Below are positions 12,531-24,776 of a stretch of 64,000 nt of DNA, in pieces (position 1 is the stretch's first letter; every line of letters starts with the position of its first letter). The translations under genes and the position numbers were made by a program. A model generated the notes under the pieces. The model was given only the letters and a program-made list of their open reading frames with translations. It was not told the origin of the DNA and searched no databases. The stretch is from Felis catus (lineage: Eukaryota). The stretch spans positions 19,780,001-19,844,000 of the forward strand of contig NC_058383.1 in NCBI RefSeq assembly GCF_018350175.1. Reading direction: 5' to 3'.

Positions 12531-13132
12531 ATGCTCCCCCCCACCCCCGAGCCCCCGCCCCCCCCCAGCAGGGGGAGTGGCCTGAATTCCAGGTGCGGCT
12601 GCCCCGTCCCCTCCCCCACCTCTTCCCCGCTGCTTTCCTACGCGAAGCAGCCTCGCATTTTGATACATGACTTTTATCTTTTTTGTTGTTCCTCCTTCCT
12701 CCAGTTCCCCCTTTTCCTTCTCATCAAAGCAGGCAGCTGTTGCCTCAGGGGAGAAATAGAGCAGAAGGGGAGCAAGCACTGGCTCGTAAGTCTTCTTGGC
12801 TTTTCTTCTCTTTCAGGAGAACTTTTAGAAAAGCTACGGGGGATTTGAGGCACCGGAAACATCTTGCCGCCAGAGTGGGGAGCCTGGGGCTCCCTCCGCA
12901 GACTGGAGACGCTTCATCGGGCTGGGGCAGGGGAGGGGCAGGGGAGGGGCAGGGGAGGGGCAGGAGGGGTAGTGCTGCCAGCCCTGAGCAGTAAGTCCTG
13001 GACGTTACCTCCCGGCTTCTCCCTGGGGAGGCCGCAAGGCCCTGGGGAAGAGGTTGCCCCTAAGCCCAGAGATCCCACCCCAGGCCCCCTCCAGCTGAAT
13101 CCTGCCCACAGCTATGCCTGGTTTGGCTCATG

Positions 13133-13134
13133 TT

Positions 13135-13186
<52 letters not shown>

Positions 13187-13200
13187 TCCTTCCTTTCTTT
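13133..13200. repeat. (TTTC)n microsatellite
   Basis: Visible directly. Confidence 0.95.
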
Positions 13201-13914
13201 TCTCAGTTAAGAGATTGTATATTTCAAATTTCTCTTGAAACTTCAGACCCACATTTGTCGTTTGTCTGGAAAAAGAGATCTGGCCAGCGTGGTCCCCTGT
13301 GCTCCCAGGAGGCTGCCCTCCCATGGGCCTGGCATGAACTTGCTGCCCCCCACACACCCCCTTCTTGCTGCCCGGTCTCAGCCAGTCCACGTGGCTCCTT
13401 TTCCTGACTAGCCTAGCCCCTGTGGGCATCTGGGTGCTGGGGCCCCGGAGGATGGTGCTGGAGGCAGCTTCAGTGAAGCTTCCAGGGTCTCAAGCATGTT
13501 CTGAAGGCAACAGAGATTCCGCTTCTGAAGGGGTCACGTGAACGGGAAGAACGGGCATCTCAGGGTAACCCACGTGGACAGATGCCCCACCCACCCCACC
13601 CACACTGACATCTTGTGGCTGCGAGGCCCGAGGCCCGGCCGCAGAAAGGACTGTGCAAGTCAAGAAGCTCTGAATCTGCTTTGGTGTTGGCTCGGCACAG
13701 CCAAACAGAGGGCACGAGTCAGAGATTCAGTGGGTTAAGAAAAATTTAAAAAACCTGGTGTGTATCCTGAGCAACCCAGTTTGTGGATGAGATGAAAGTC
13801 TGATGCCGCACATTGGGGCCGGGTCCAGTTTGTCCCCCCAAGAAACAAAAATACCATTCTTAGGAGGGCTTTCTCACCTGTCAGGCAGAATAGGGGGCCC
13901 TTTATGCCCTCAAA

Positions 13915-14342
13915 CTCCAAAGTGCGGGCCTCAGAATCATCGGGTGTTAAAACCTGTTAAAACACAGACTGCCGGGCCCAGCCTCCCAGCTTCTCATTCA
14001 GCAGGTCGAGGGTGCCCAAGAATGTGTCTTTCTTTTTTTTTTTTTTTTTTTTAATTTTTTTTTTTTCAACGCTTATTTATCCTTGGGACAGAGAGAGAGC
14101 ATGAACGGGGGAGGGGCAGAGAGAGAGGGAGACACAGCATCGGAAACAGGCTCCAGGCTCTGAGCCATCAGCCCAGAGCCCGACGCGGGGCTCGAACTCC
14201 CGGACCGCGAGATCGTGACCTGGCCGAAGTCGGACGCTTAACCGACTGTGCCACCCAGGCGCCCCAAGAATGTGTCTTTCTAATGAGGTCCTAGATAACG
14301 CTTAGGCTGCTGGTCTGGGGACCAGTCTTTGAGAAGCACCCA
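13915..14342. mobile_element. MER5A hAT-Charlie element split by a SINE
   Basis: cagaatcatc...ctgttaaaacacagactgccgggccca...gctgctggtctggggaccagtctttgagaagcac. Confidence 0.8.
14034..14265 (-). mobile_element. Young SINEC_Fc
   Basis: CpG-intact body; perfect 16-bp TSD AAGAATGTGTCTTTCT at 14018-14033 and 14266-14281. Confidence 0.97.
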
Positions 14343-14573
14343 TTTAGACAATCGTATTAATTAGTTCTCACAATCTTATTAGGTAGAATCTATCATCCCC
14401 TTTTTAAGGAAGAAAAAAAAAGGTTCATTTGCTTTCCTACGAAGTCAAGCCCGGCCACCAGGACGTGCATCCCTCACCTTGCAGAGGTAACGTATCTGAG
14501 GGGGAAGGGATGGGAAGGGTAGGGGGCGGTGCTCACACCTGACTCCTCTCTTAGGAGGAGAGAGTAAAGAGTT

Positions 14574-15087
14574 CGGTAGTCCCCCCGCCCCCCTTATCCG
14601 CGGTTTCGCTCTCCGCGGTTTCAGTTACCCGCGGGCAACCGCGGTCCAGACGCAGATGACCCTCCTTCTGACTTACCATCAGAAGGTCGTTAGTAGCCTA
14701 ATGTTACTACGGCACAACGCCTATGTCATTCACCTCATTTCATCTCCTCGTGTGGGCATTTTATCACCTCACATCGTCACAAGAAGACAAAGGGTGAGTA
14801 CGGGACAATCAGATATGTTGAGAAAGAGAGAGTGTGTGAGAGAGAGAGAGACCACATTCACACAACTCTTATCACAGTGTATTGTTATAATTGTTCTATT
14901 TTATTATTAGATATTATTGTTAATCTCTTACTGTGCCTAACTTACAAATTAAGCTTTATCATAGGTACGTGTGTAGAGGAGAAAACCTTTATCATAGGTA
15001 CGTGTGTATAGGGTTGCGTATTACCTGGGGTTTCAGGCATCCGCGGGGGTCTGGAACATATCCCCATGGATAAGGGGGGAACTACTG
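14574..15087. mobile_element. Tigger2-family non-autonomous DNA transposon
   Basis: Terminal inverted repeats cggtagtcccc...cttatccgcgg / ccatggataagggggga-actactg followed by TA; internal 22-bp duplication at 14954-14975 and 14987-15008. Confidence 0.88.
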
Positions 15088-15717
15088 TAATACTTAACAA
15101 TTATACAGTGATCACTCTGCATTCCCCGAAGCCCTTGGCATGTATCCACCCCTCCACTCCTCACGGTACCCCACAGAAGCCCGCCTCATCACCCCCATTT
15201 TATAGATGACGAAACTGATCCACTCTGTCCAGTCAGCAGGCTGGGGAAGAGGATGCGCTCGCTTGGGAGGCCTTTACTGGGCGGGGTCTGGGAGCGATGA
15301 CGTCACCTCTGCTCACCGTCATTGGCTGGAACCCAGTCACATGCTCACACGTGCCTGCAAGGGAAGCTGGGAGATGTAGTCTCTCTACGCTCTCAGGGGA
15401 AACCAGAGATGGGATTTGCTCGCTGATTTTGAGGCAAGCTCCGCGCTAATGCCATTGAGGCCCCAGAAGGAGATGCTATGAACAAAGTCACGCAGCGGCT
15501 GGAGGGACAGTGGGTGGAGGTGGGGTCTGGAGCCTGAAGACAGGTTTTAAGGCCTTGGCTGCGTGGTATTGTGCGACTCACTTTTCTCTGAGCCTCACTG
15601 TATTGTAATAGGGCGATGCTTATTTGCCAGCGTATTTGTGTGCCTAAAATGAGATAACACGGCCACCCAGGGCGGGCCCTCTGCGTGTTAATTCGGTCGG
15701 AATCAAAACCCGTGTTG

Positions 15718-15872
15718 GGGGTTCTCACCCAGGACTGCACGTTTGACTCACCCCCGGGGAGATTTTTTAAAAGACCCGTCTGAATCATGCGTACAGGAGT
15801 GAGGTCAGTGCTTGGTATTTTCTAAAAATACCCTCAGGTCATTTTCATATACAGCCAGGCTTGAGAACTGCC
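15718..15872. mobile_element. MER5-family hAT element
   Basis: gttctcaccc...gactcacccccggggagattttttaaaa...cagccaggcttgagaactgc. Confidence 0.7.
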
Positions 15873-16469
15873 TTCTAAGATATTGACTATCAGCCAGAAT
15901 GGAGCAACTAACATCTCTTACTTAAGGAGTGGAGGGATCCAAGGTCTCTAACTGGGAGAAAGCCTAGAGGGTTGGGCTGGGGTTGACCTTGACACGCTCT
16001 CTTGGCCCGGGGGGGGGGGGGGGGGGGGGGGGGCTTGTGTCAAATGAGTGGGTGGGTGGGCCTGGAGCAGGATGTATTTCGTTCATATTTCCGCCGAGGA
16101 GCAGCACAGAAAAGTCCCCGTGGAACGAAGTCCTGCTCCCCCTTCCCTAGGATTTTCTCTCCGTCATCGGCTCTGCTGAGACTGGCAGGTGCCAACACTT
16201 ACAAATCGCCCTGGCCTGTGCTTCCATGTAGAACAGCAAAGTGTCATTATTTCTAGGCTTTTACCAGGTGGAACAACTTTCTGCCAGCTAAGGTGACATG
16301 TGGCCGTTGGCATTTGAACAGGTCGCTTTGCGGGACGGGCAAGAGACAGTTAAGTGCCACCTTGGGGCTATTACTCTCAGCAGGAGGAGAGTAGCTACGT
16401 GCTTGTGGCTTTGCTTGTTCACTTGGTGTTTCCCTGGAGATGAGGGGAGAGGTCGGGGCCCACGGGGTG

Positions 16470-16740
16470 TCTATTTATCAGAACACTCACTACGTAGCAG
16501 GCACACTGCGCCTACTTTACATATCGCTCCACGTGGCGCTTTACAAGTGTTAACTCAATTAAGTCCCCACCACGACCCTCTAAGGTTGGCACCATTACTC
16601 TCCTTGCTTTGCAAATGGGGAAACTGAGGCACAAGGCACTAAGTAAATTGCTCAGGGTCCCACAGCTGGTGAGCGGCAGAGCCGGGTTTCGGTGGACGCC
16701 CAGTGGCCAGGCTTTGGCATCTGTGCTTCTCCTGACTGCT
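16470..16740 (-). mobile_element. MIR
   Basis: ttgcaaatggggaaactgaggcacaaggcactaagtaaattgctcagggtcccacagctggt. Confidence 0.85.
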
Positions 16741-16911
16741 GTCCCGCACTTGGGGTGAGCAGCGGTCTTGGTTTTCCGGGGACTGAAGTCTGTCCCAGGA
16801 TGGATGAGGAGCTTTGATGACTGGGACGGTCCTGGGCAAACTGGAACAGTTGGTGATCCTGGCTGGGATTGTCCTCAAGTGTCACGGAAGATTGAAGATG
16901 GTTGATAATGA

Positions 16912-16949
<38 letters not shown>

Positions 16950-17011
16950 CCCCCTCCCCCCAACCCTGGCAATAAAACATGCAAGGGCCGTGTTGGATGA
17001 TTAAAAAGTTT

Positions 17012-17218
17012 GGGGCACCTGGGTGGCTCAGTCGGTTAAGCATCCAACTTCAGCTGAGGTCGTGATCTCACGGTTGGTGAGTTCGAGCCCCGCGTTGGGC
17101 TCTGTGCTGACAGCTCGGAGCCTGGACCCCGCCTCCGATTCTGTGTCTCCTTGTCTCTCTGCCCCTCCCCCACTTGTGCTCTGTGTCTCAAAAATAAATA
17201 AATGTAAAAAAAAAAAAA
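17012..17218 (+). mobile_element. Can-SINE
   Basis: Full body; approximate TSD ttaaaaagtt / ttaaaaggtt. Confidence 0.95.
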
Positions 17219-17224
17219 TTAAAA

Positions 17225-17885
17225 GGTTAAAGATGGCCCTTGCATTCTTGGAGCTGACATGCCCCTGAGGGGAGAATGACAATAAGCAATTAGACAAAGA
17301 ATATACTGGATCCCTTCAGATTGTGACCATGCTTTGAAGGGCATGAGGTGACAGGGGTCTTCAGATGGGGGGTTAGGGAGGGCATTCCTGGGTAAGCGGC
17401 ATTGGAAATAGCAAGATGTGGACATCAGGGGAAGAATGGTCCAGGCAGACAGGATAGCAAGTGCAAAGGGCCTGAGGTAGGAACGGGTTTGGCTAAATGA
17501 AGGAGTAGCCGGAGCTTGAGGAAGAGTAGGGGATGAGCAGGAGGTGAACAGGAGATGAATGCGGGATGCAGCCGTGGCCATGAACCTGGATGATACGGGA
17601 AGAACAAGGCAGCCACCCCCCAAGGATGTCGAGTGGAGGAGTAACTGGCTTTGGGTTGCACTTTGCGGTAATGGCTCAGGCTGCTGTGTGGACAAAGGAG
17701 GGTGAGGGGCTGCAGGGGCCACCGGGAGGCTCGTCGGCAGGACACTCCTTGCCCCAGACCAGGCAGAGATGAAGATTGTATGGACTAGTGGGGGGGCAGT
17801 TGAGTCTGGGAGAAGCGGGTGGGTTTGGGAAATATTTCGGGCAGAGAGTGATGGAATCTGCTGAGGCTAAGAAGTGGTGTTGTGC
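17225..17885 (-). mobile_element. L2 LINE fragment
   Basis: ccaggcagacaggatagcaagtgcaaagggcctgaggtaggaac; ggaaatatttcgggcagagagtgatggaatctgctga. Confidence 0.8.
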
Positions 17886-18744
17886 AGGGTTGGGGGTGGG
17901 GGGTGGGGGGGTAGGGGAGGACAGGCCCCCTACTGTCGGCTGGCCAGGGGCAACAGCCCAGAGATCCACGTACCGTGTGTCTGATATTTAGAAGGCAAGT
18001 CAACACTACTCTACCACATGAAATACATTCTGCCCTCCCGTCCTGGGAGCTATTTCTTTGTAGGGACCTGGGAGGCCAAGGTTGCATTAGGGGCTCTATG
18101 GCAGAATGTGGTGGCCAGGAGAGACTGGGGCAGTGTCCTCCGCGGTGTGAGGCCCCCCCCCCCCCGTCTGCATCTAGGAGCTGTCCTGGGTTCGGGAAAG
18201 GGAGAAATCAGGGCTGACGCCTGGGTTTTTGGATGGAGCGCGTCTGAGCCCAGACCCCATCCTCCATTGTGAAACTTTTTTTTTCCAATGTTTCCCCCCT
18301 CGCAAGACTGAGTTCCTTGTCTTTTCCTCTTCTCCCTCAAGACTCTGGGTTTGCAGGTTTAACGCAGATAGGTCTTTGCCGCTGATGCTGTGACCCTGGC
18401 TCAGTATACTGAGCTGTGTATTGGGACCACCGATAACCTGCTTCCCACCTCCCCGCCACTTAGTGGATGATGAATGCATGTGAAGTGCCCGTGGCAGAGA
18501 CAGCTGGGCGTTCACAAAAACCCCTGTGCTCTGCCCCCTGGGCACATGGCCTGCCTTTCCCAGCCCTGCTGGCTGGCCGTGCAATGTGGCCACGGGACTC
18601 GGTTGTGGCTAGTGGGAGTGGCCGTATGTGACGTCATCACTTCCAAACCCGGCTGTTACGACCTCTCCCGGGAGATCCTTCTTTCCCTGCCCCTGTCTGC
18701 TGGCTGGCTGGGAGGCTCCAGCCGATGGCTCTGAAACCTTAGGA

Positions 18745-18949
18745 CGGGGGTTGGCAAACTACAGCCTGGGAACTTGTTTTTGCAAGTCGAGTTTTACTGG
18801 CACACAGCCACATCGATTCATTTCTGTATCATCTGTTGCTGGACGCTTGTGCTGTAACGGCAGAGCTAAGTCATTGTGACGGGCTATATGAGGCGCAGAG
18901 CCAAAACTATTTACAGTCGTGCCTTTACGGGAATGTTTGCCGACCCCTG
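18745..18949. mobile_element. MER58A hAT-Charlie element
   Basis: Terminal inverted repeats cgggggttggcaaac / gtttgccgacccctg; near-matching 8-bp TSD ccttagga / ccctagaa. Confidence 0.88.
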
Positions 18950-18957
18950 CCCTAGAA

Positions 18958-19120
18958 GATGGCCGAGCCACGAGATGGGGAGAGCTTGGAGCCCCGAGTA
19001 ACCACCTGGTTGCCAGGAATCTCCATGGGGGACTCTCCATGAGCAAGAAATAAAAGCTTATTGCGTAAGCTTGTGGTTTGTTTGTTGTAACAGCTGGCAT
19101 TGCTTATCCTGACTAATACG
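18958..19120 (+). mobile_element. MLT1 (I/J-like) LTR 3' part; 5' part probably ~18520-18736
   Basis: tgagcaagaaataaaagcttattg...gtttgtttgttgtaacagc...tcctgactaatac. Confidence 0.7.
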
Positions 19121-19610
19121 AGGCCGGCTACCCTGTAAGCAAACCACAGATGATAACTTCCTCCCATTCTGCATATTTTTACACTCTCCATAAACTACCA
19201 TGTTTGGAATAGCTGAGAAAAATGAACTGGGCTTGAGGTAGGCTCTCTCTCGCCCTCAAGCCTTTGTGCGAGTTGCTCCTAACTATTCTTCCAAGAACGT
19301 TCGTCCCCCGTCTCTTCGCCCGTCTGTCTCCCGCTGATCTCCCAGGCCTCAAGGTCACTGACACTGCTTTCAGGCGACCTTCCTGTCCTCCTTCGTGTTA
19401 CAAGACTGGGTTAGGTACCTCTGTAACGTGCTCAGGCTCGGCCACCCTGACTTCGAGTCCTGGCCTGCCACTTACAAAGCCTAAGACTTTGGGCAAGTGG
19501 CTTCACCTGTCCGTGTTTCCATTTCCCCATCTGTAAAATGGGAGTATCATCTATCTGGTAATGTCGTCGTAGGAAGCGAGTGAACTCAAGTGCTTAGAAT
19601 GACATCTGCA

Positions 19611-19754
19611 GGAGGCGCCTGGGTGGCTCACAACGGTTGAGTGTCCGACTTTTGGGCTCAGCTCAGGTCTTGATCTCAGGGTTGTGAGTTCAGGCCCTGC
19701 GTTGGGCTCTGCACTGGGCATGAAGCCTACTTAAAAAAAAAAAACAAAAAAAAA
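19611..19754 (+). mobile_element. Short-type Can-SINE inserted in a MIR
   Basis: ggcgcctgggtggctc...gggctctgcactgggcatgaagcctacttaaaa; no (CT)n tract. Confidence 0.9.
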
Positions 19755-20699
19755 CCTCTGTTGCCTGGGAAGAGCGGAACGAGTGCTAGATGATGTCACG
19801 ACCACCCTCTTTGTTGCTGGTCCTACCCTAGCGTGGACCCCATGCTGCCCAGTGATAACCCAGTGATTTCCCAGTGATTTCCCAGTGGCCTGTGAGATAC
19901 TCCATACACAGGAGGCTCTCGATACGTGTGGTCGGGCACGTGAGTGACGTGGTGGCTGGGGCTCAGTCCTCTGGGGCTTGTAGTGGGGTGGGGGGGACGG
20001 GGATCTCCAGACAAAGCTGCCCAGGCCATGCCTTAGAGAATATTAGGGACTAAGGTAACGCCATGTATTGAGCGAGGGCAGTGTCTGCTCAGAAGAGATG
20101 GGCTGGAAGCCCTGGAGCCCAGCTGTATCAGACAAAGCCTTTTGTCGCAAATCACCGAAGCCACTCCAAGCTTAAGTAGAATAAAAAGCGATTCAACAGA
20201 TCACCACGTTTCCGGGGCACTAGCAGAAGACGTGAAAGCTGTGCATGCAAGAAAAATCCTTACCCCCCACCCCCCAACCACTCTGGCAGGGAGCCTACCT
20301 CCCCAGCCACCCCCAGCCCAGTTCTGAAAGCAGGACGCCTCTCCTGTCCCGTTGAGACGGATGGCGCTGGAGAGCACACAGGGTCTGGGAGAGGGAGCCT
20401 CCGGCTGCCAGTCCCTACCCGCTGAGAATTGTGGGGACCAGGCCCTGCCACTCGTCGAACAGCACGGTGCGTCATAACGATGCCAGCCAACGTTGCCGAA
20501 TCCCCAAGGGCACTGAGCGCCGGGCCGTGCGTTTTACAGCATCAACTCTCATCCTCACGACGATCCTGGGAGGTACGTGCTCTTCTGAACTTCACCATAC
20601 ATATGAACGGCTCAGGGCTCAGAGAGGTTAAGTGACTTATCTGAAGGCACACAGCACACTCGAGGATTCAAATTCAAGTGAACTCCAGGGCCCACATCC

Positions 20700-21030
20700 T
20701 TTTTTTTTTTTTTTTTTTTTGGCCAATGGAATATTTTTGATAATATATTTTCTTATCTTCCTATGTGCTTTTTTTAAAAAAAAATGGAAGTATAGTTGAT
20801 ACAGTGTAGTGATTTGACAAATATATTATAGAAGCGTAGCTACCATCTGTCACCAGGAAACTATGACAATACCGTTGACTCTACTCCCTATGCTGTGACT
20901 CTCAGCCCGGTGACTTATTCATTCCAGAACTGGAAGCCTGTATCTCCCACTCTTACTAATATTCCACTGTGTGCTCACATCTTCTTTATCCATTTGTCTA
21001 TCGACGGGCACTTGGGTTGTTTCCATGTCT
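20700..21030 (-). mobile_element. L1 3'-end fragment (L1MA9/L1_Carn-like) inserted in a MIR (20540-21065)
   Basis: T tail; cacatcttctttatccatttgtctatcgacgggcacttgggttgtttccat encodes ORF2 end KTWKQPKCPSIDKWIKKM. Confidence 0.85.
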
Positions 21031-21737
21031 TACTGAAAGCCCGGACTCTTAGCCACCACATCATACGGCTGTCTTTACTCTGCTGGGAACCTGCTTGGTG
21101 GTTCAGACAGTGGAGGGGAGGAGGGCATCTGTGCATCCATGAAACCTGGTCCAGGCCAATATGCCCCCTGGGAAGGGTATTTGACTGGGCAGATGTCAAG
21201 GGTGCACATTCCGGCTGAAATGGTGGTAGGTGGAGGGGTGCCTGGAGTGGGGGACAATGAGCTCCAGTGACCAAAGGGTAAGAAATGGAACTAAGTTCCT
21301 GTCGCCAAGGCTGATGACATTAATGCTCTGGGATTCTTCTTTCCTCCCCTCGCTTCTCCATCCTTCTTTATCTTCCTTCACTTACCATTGTCACAGCCTC
21401 CATCTCCAATGCCATCCGCTGATCGCCATCCCTGTTCACTACACTCCACTGTTATCAACACCAGCTTGCTGGCCTGATTACATCATCACATTGTGACCAT
21501 CACCCAAGGCCCTACCATCGTCTCCATGCACCGATGTCACCAAAGTGCTGACACCATCACTGAACTCTCAGTGCTGCCATGTCTGCCATCACTGTGACAT
21601 CGTTGTCATCACTACTGTCACCATTTTCAGTCCTACCAGTACTGTCATCGCCGCCCCTATTCTGTGAGCCTGTTCATCATCATTGTTCACCACAGTCCTC
21701 ATTGTCATTACTACTGAACTGTCTTTGTCACTGCCTG

Positions 21738-22705
21738 CCCACCACCACCATCACCATTCTTGACCACCAGCATCACCACCACCATCACCACTGTTATCAC
21801 CACCATCACCACCACCATCACCATCACCACCACCATCACCATCACCACCACCATCACCACTACCATAACCATCACCATAACCATAACCATCACCATCACC
21901 ACCACCACCATAACCATCACCACCACCATCACCACGACCATCACCACCACCACCACCATCACCACCACCATCACCACGACCATCACCACCACCACCACCA
22001 TCACCACCACCATCACCATAACTATCACCACCATCACCATCACCATCACCATCACCATTACCATCACCACTGTTATCACCACCATCACCATAACCATCAC
22101 CATAACTATCACCACCATCACCATCACCATAACTATTACCACCATCACCACCACCATCACCATCACCACCACCATCACCATAACCATCACCAAGACCATC
22201 ACCATGACCATCACCACCACCACCACCACCATAACTATCACCACCACCACCATAACCATAACCATCACCACACCACCACCATCACCACTGTTATCACCAC
22301 CATAACTATCACCACCATCACCACCACGATAACCATCACCATCACCACCACCACCACCACCACCACCACCACCACCACCACCATCACGATAGCATAACCA
22401 TGACCACCACCACCATCACTATCACCATCACCACCACCACCACCATCACCATCACCATGACCATCACCACCACCACCATCACCATAACCATCACCATCAC
22501 CATCACCACCATCACCACGACCATCACCACCACCATCACCACGACCATCACCACCACCATCACCATTCTTGACCACCACCATCACCACCACCATCACCAT
22601 CACTACCACCACCACCACCATCACCGTAACTATCACCACCATCACCACCATCACCATCACCATAACCAACACCATAACCATCATCATAACCATCACCACC
22701 ACCAA
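21738..22705. repeat. (CAC/CAT)n compound tandem array, with a degenerate flank from ~21380
   Basis: Visible directly; source of the poly-His, poly-Thr and poly-Val ORFs. Confidence 0.97.
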
Positions 22706-24090
22706 TATAATTCCGTAGAAGTCACAGATATTTTATGAGTCTCTTCTGTATTTTAAGCTTGTGTTAAATGCCAAGATATGAACATGATTAAGAAAAGGGC
22801 TTAATCATGGTGATTCATGATGGTGATTCATGATGGCGATTCATGTTCACCATCATTACCATCATCAGCTGTTCGTGGAAACTCATTAATGCCGTATGAA
22901 TCTCTATCCTTGCCCAAACAATTGTTTTGAACAGAACAGCATCTTGCAAAACTTGTGAGTTCATCCAATAGCAAACCGTGCCCCAGAACCCAGCTCCTCC
23001 CCTTCCCCACCTCCCCCCACCCGGTCTAAATGCAGGCTGTGTGTTGGCTCTGCCTGGAGGTCACCGGAGGGACACCGGAGGGATCACCGGAGGGACACGT
23101 CCCCCCCCATCCTTACCTGGGCTTCTCCATGCCCATCTGGCCAACCCAGTGCCGGACTTCAAGGCTTCCTGGCCCCAATACAGTGTTATAATTATTATCA
23201 CGTGTTAGGAGGGCTTTATAAATCTTAATTAATTGTCACTTGTCCGAGAGCAGAAGATGGGAGGAATTTGCTTCCCGTTACCAAGATTTATGAGGTCTCT
23301 GGAAGGCTTAGGGGACTGCATGGGGATTCTGAGGAAAACACTCTTTCCTTTGAACCAGGTCGCAGAAGGAGGCGCTGAAATGATGGGGCTGGCCCCAAAT
23401 GACCAGTCAGAAGGAAGCTAATTTCAATTTCTCTCAAGAGCCTGTGGTTGCTGGGTTGGATATGCTTGGTGGGTTCTTCTTGGCTCTCTGTACCTTCCTC
23501 CTTCCTGCCCTGACATGGCCTCAAGGAGCCCTGCAGAGGCCGAGGGCTGGGAGAGGTCACGCCGTGTCTCATCCCCTGTGACTCTACCCATGTTGTAGTG
23601 TGAGGTAGTCCACTATCTCCTAGCTGCGTGGTCATGGGCAACGTCCTTGACTTTTTGGTGCCTTGGTTTCCCCAACTGTAAATAGGATAGTAACACCTCT
23701 TCTGCTCGTACTTCTGCTTATACTGAGCGTACATGAGATCCCCCCACCAAAGCCAGCGCGGACTCATTGCTCCATAGTCAAGGTCATGGTGACAGTAAGA
23801 GGACCAGCACTCACACAGATGCTACTGATTACAATAGCTGTCGGACTCAGGGGCCGAGGGTTCGATAGCCCCAGGTCCATTCTAACACACCTTGCACTTG
23901 AGTGAGTTAGAGATTGTCACCCCACCGTTCCTGTGTTCTCAGTCAGGCAGCCACTCTCCGTGAAGGGCCTTGCCAGACTCAGTGTAGAGATTTGGGTTCA
24001 GATCCTCGTGCTGCTATTTCAGAGCTGTGTGACTTTCAGCAAGTCCCTTCACCTCTCTGTGCCTTAGACATTGTAAAATGGGGGTAATCA

Positions 24091-24307
24091 GGGGTGCCTG
24101 GGAGGCTCAGTCGGTTAAGCGTCCGACTTCGGCTCAGGTCACGATCTCACTCATTGGCGAGTTCGAGCCCCACGTTGAGCTCTGTGCTGACAGCCCGGAG
24201 CCTGGAGCCTGCTTGGGATTCTGTGTCTCCCTCTCTGTCTGCCTCTCCCCTGCTCATGCTCCCTCTCTCTCTCAAAAATGAGTAAACATGAAAAAAAAAA
24301 TTAAAAA
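24091..24307 (+). mobile_element. Can-SINE inserted in a MIR (~23980-24400)
   Basis: Full body; approximate TSD aaaatgggggtaatca / aaagtgggataatca. Confidence 0.95.
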
Positions 24308-24575
24308 GTGGGGATAATCATAGTGACAGCCTCATCCAGCTGTGGAACTGATTAAATACTGAAGTGCGTTGGTGCAAGGTCAGTGTGCAATAGATGTGTC
24401 CTGTTGGGTTATTAACTAACCAGTCAGTCAAACAATCGTATTGGGTTCCAGTAGATTCAGATATATTCGAAATACACCAGGAACACTGGTGTGTTGGTGG
24501 GTGTGGCATCCATCCATGTTTGCATGAGGACAGAGAAATTTCCAGAGAGCCAACCTCTCTGGAGCTGGAGAGAAG

Positions 24576-24738
24576 CAGGACTGGTTTCTGGCTGAGGCCA
24601 AAGAGGCCCCCTAGGACCCAGGATTTAAGGAAGCTCCCGCCCTTAGGTGCCTGCCCTGTGCTCCCACGAGCCTGACAGTGAGTGCCTCCTTAAATTTTGC
24701 ACCCAGAGCGCTTAGTCTCCCCTGTGTTCCAACCCCGG
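24576..24738. mobile_element. MER96-like palindromic hAT element
   Basis: Arms gatttaaggaagctccc... / agtgagtgcctccttaaattttgcaccc. Confidence 0.65.
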
Positions 24739-24757
24739 TGAGAAGCCAGACCCGTGA

Positions 24758-24776
24758 TGCTGCCCCCCAGTGGTCA
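24758..24776 (-). promoter_or_regulatory. CTCF motif
   Basis: Minus strand reads TGACCACTGGGGGGCAGCA, one mismatch to the core CCASYAGRKGGCRS. Confidence 0.55.

Noticed and set aside
12042..12848. 268-aa ORF
   Set aside because: Largely overlies an L2 fragment; Pro/Ser-rich with no recognisable homology.
21579..22738. Long poly-His, poly-Thr/Ile and poly-Val/Met ORFs (up to 272 aa)
   Set aside because: Translations of a stop-poor (CAC/CAT)n array that is open in several frames on both strands, with no gene context.
23062..23097. Short direct repeats (caccggaggga x3), also near 55477-55510 and 59213-59237, as a CRISPR-like or regulatory array
   Set aside because: Simple tandem micro-duplications without spacers, in mammalian DNA.
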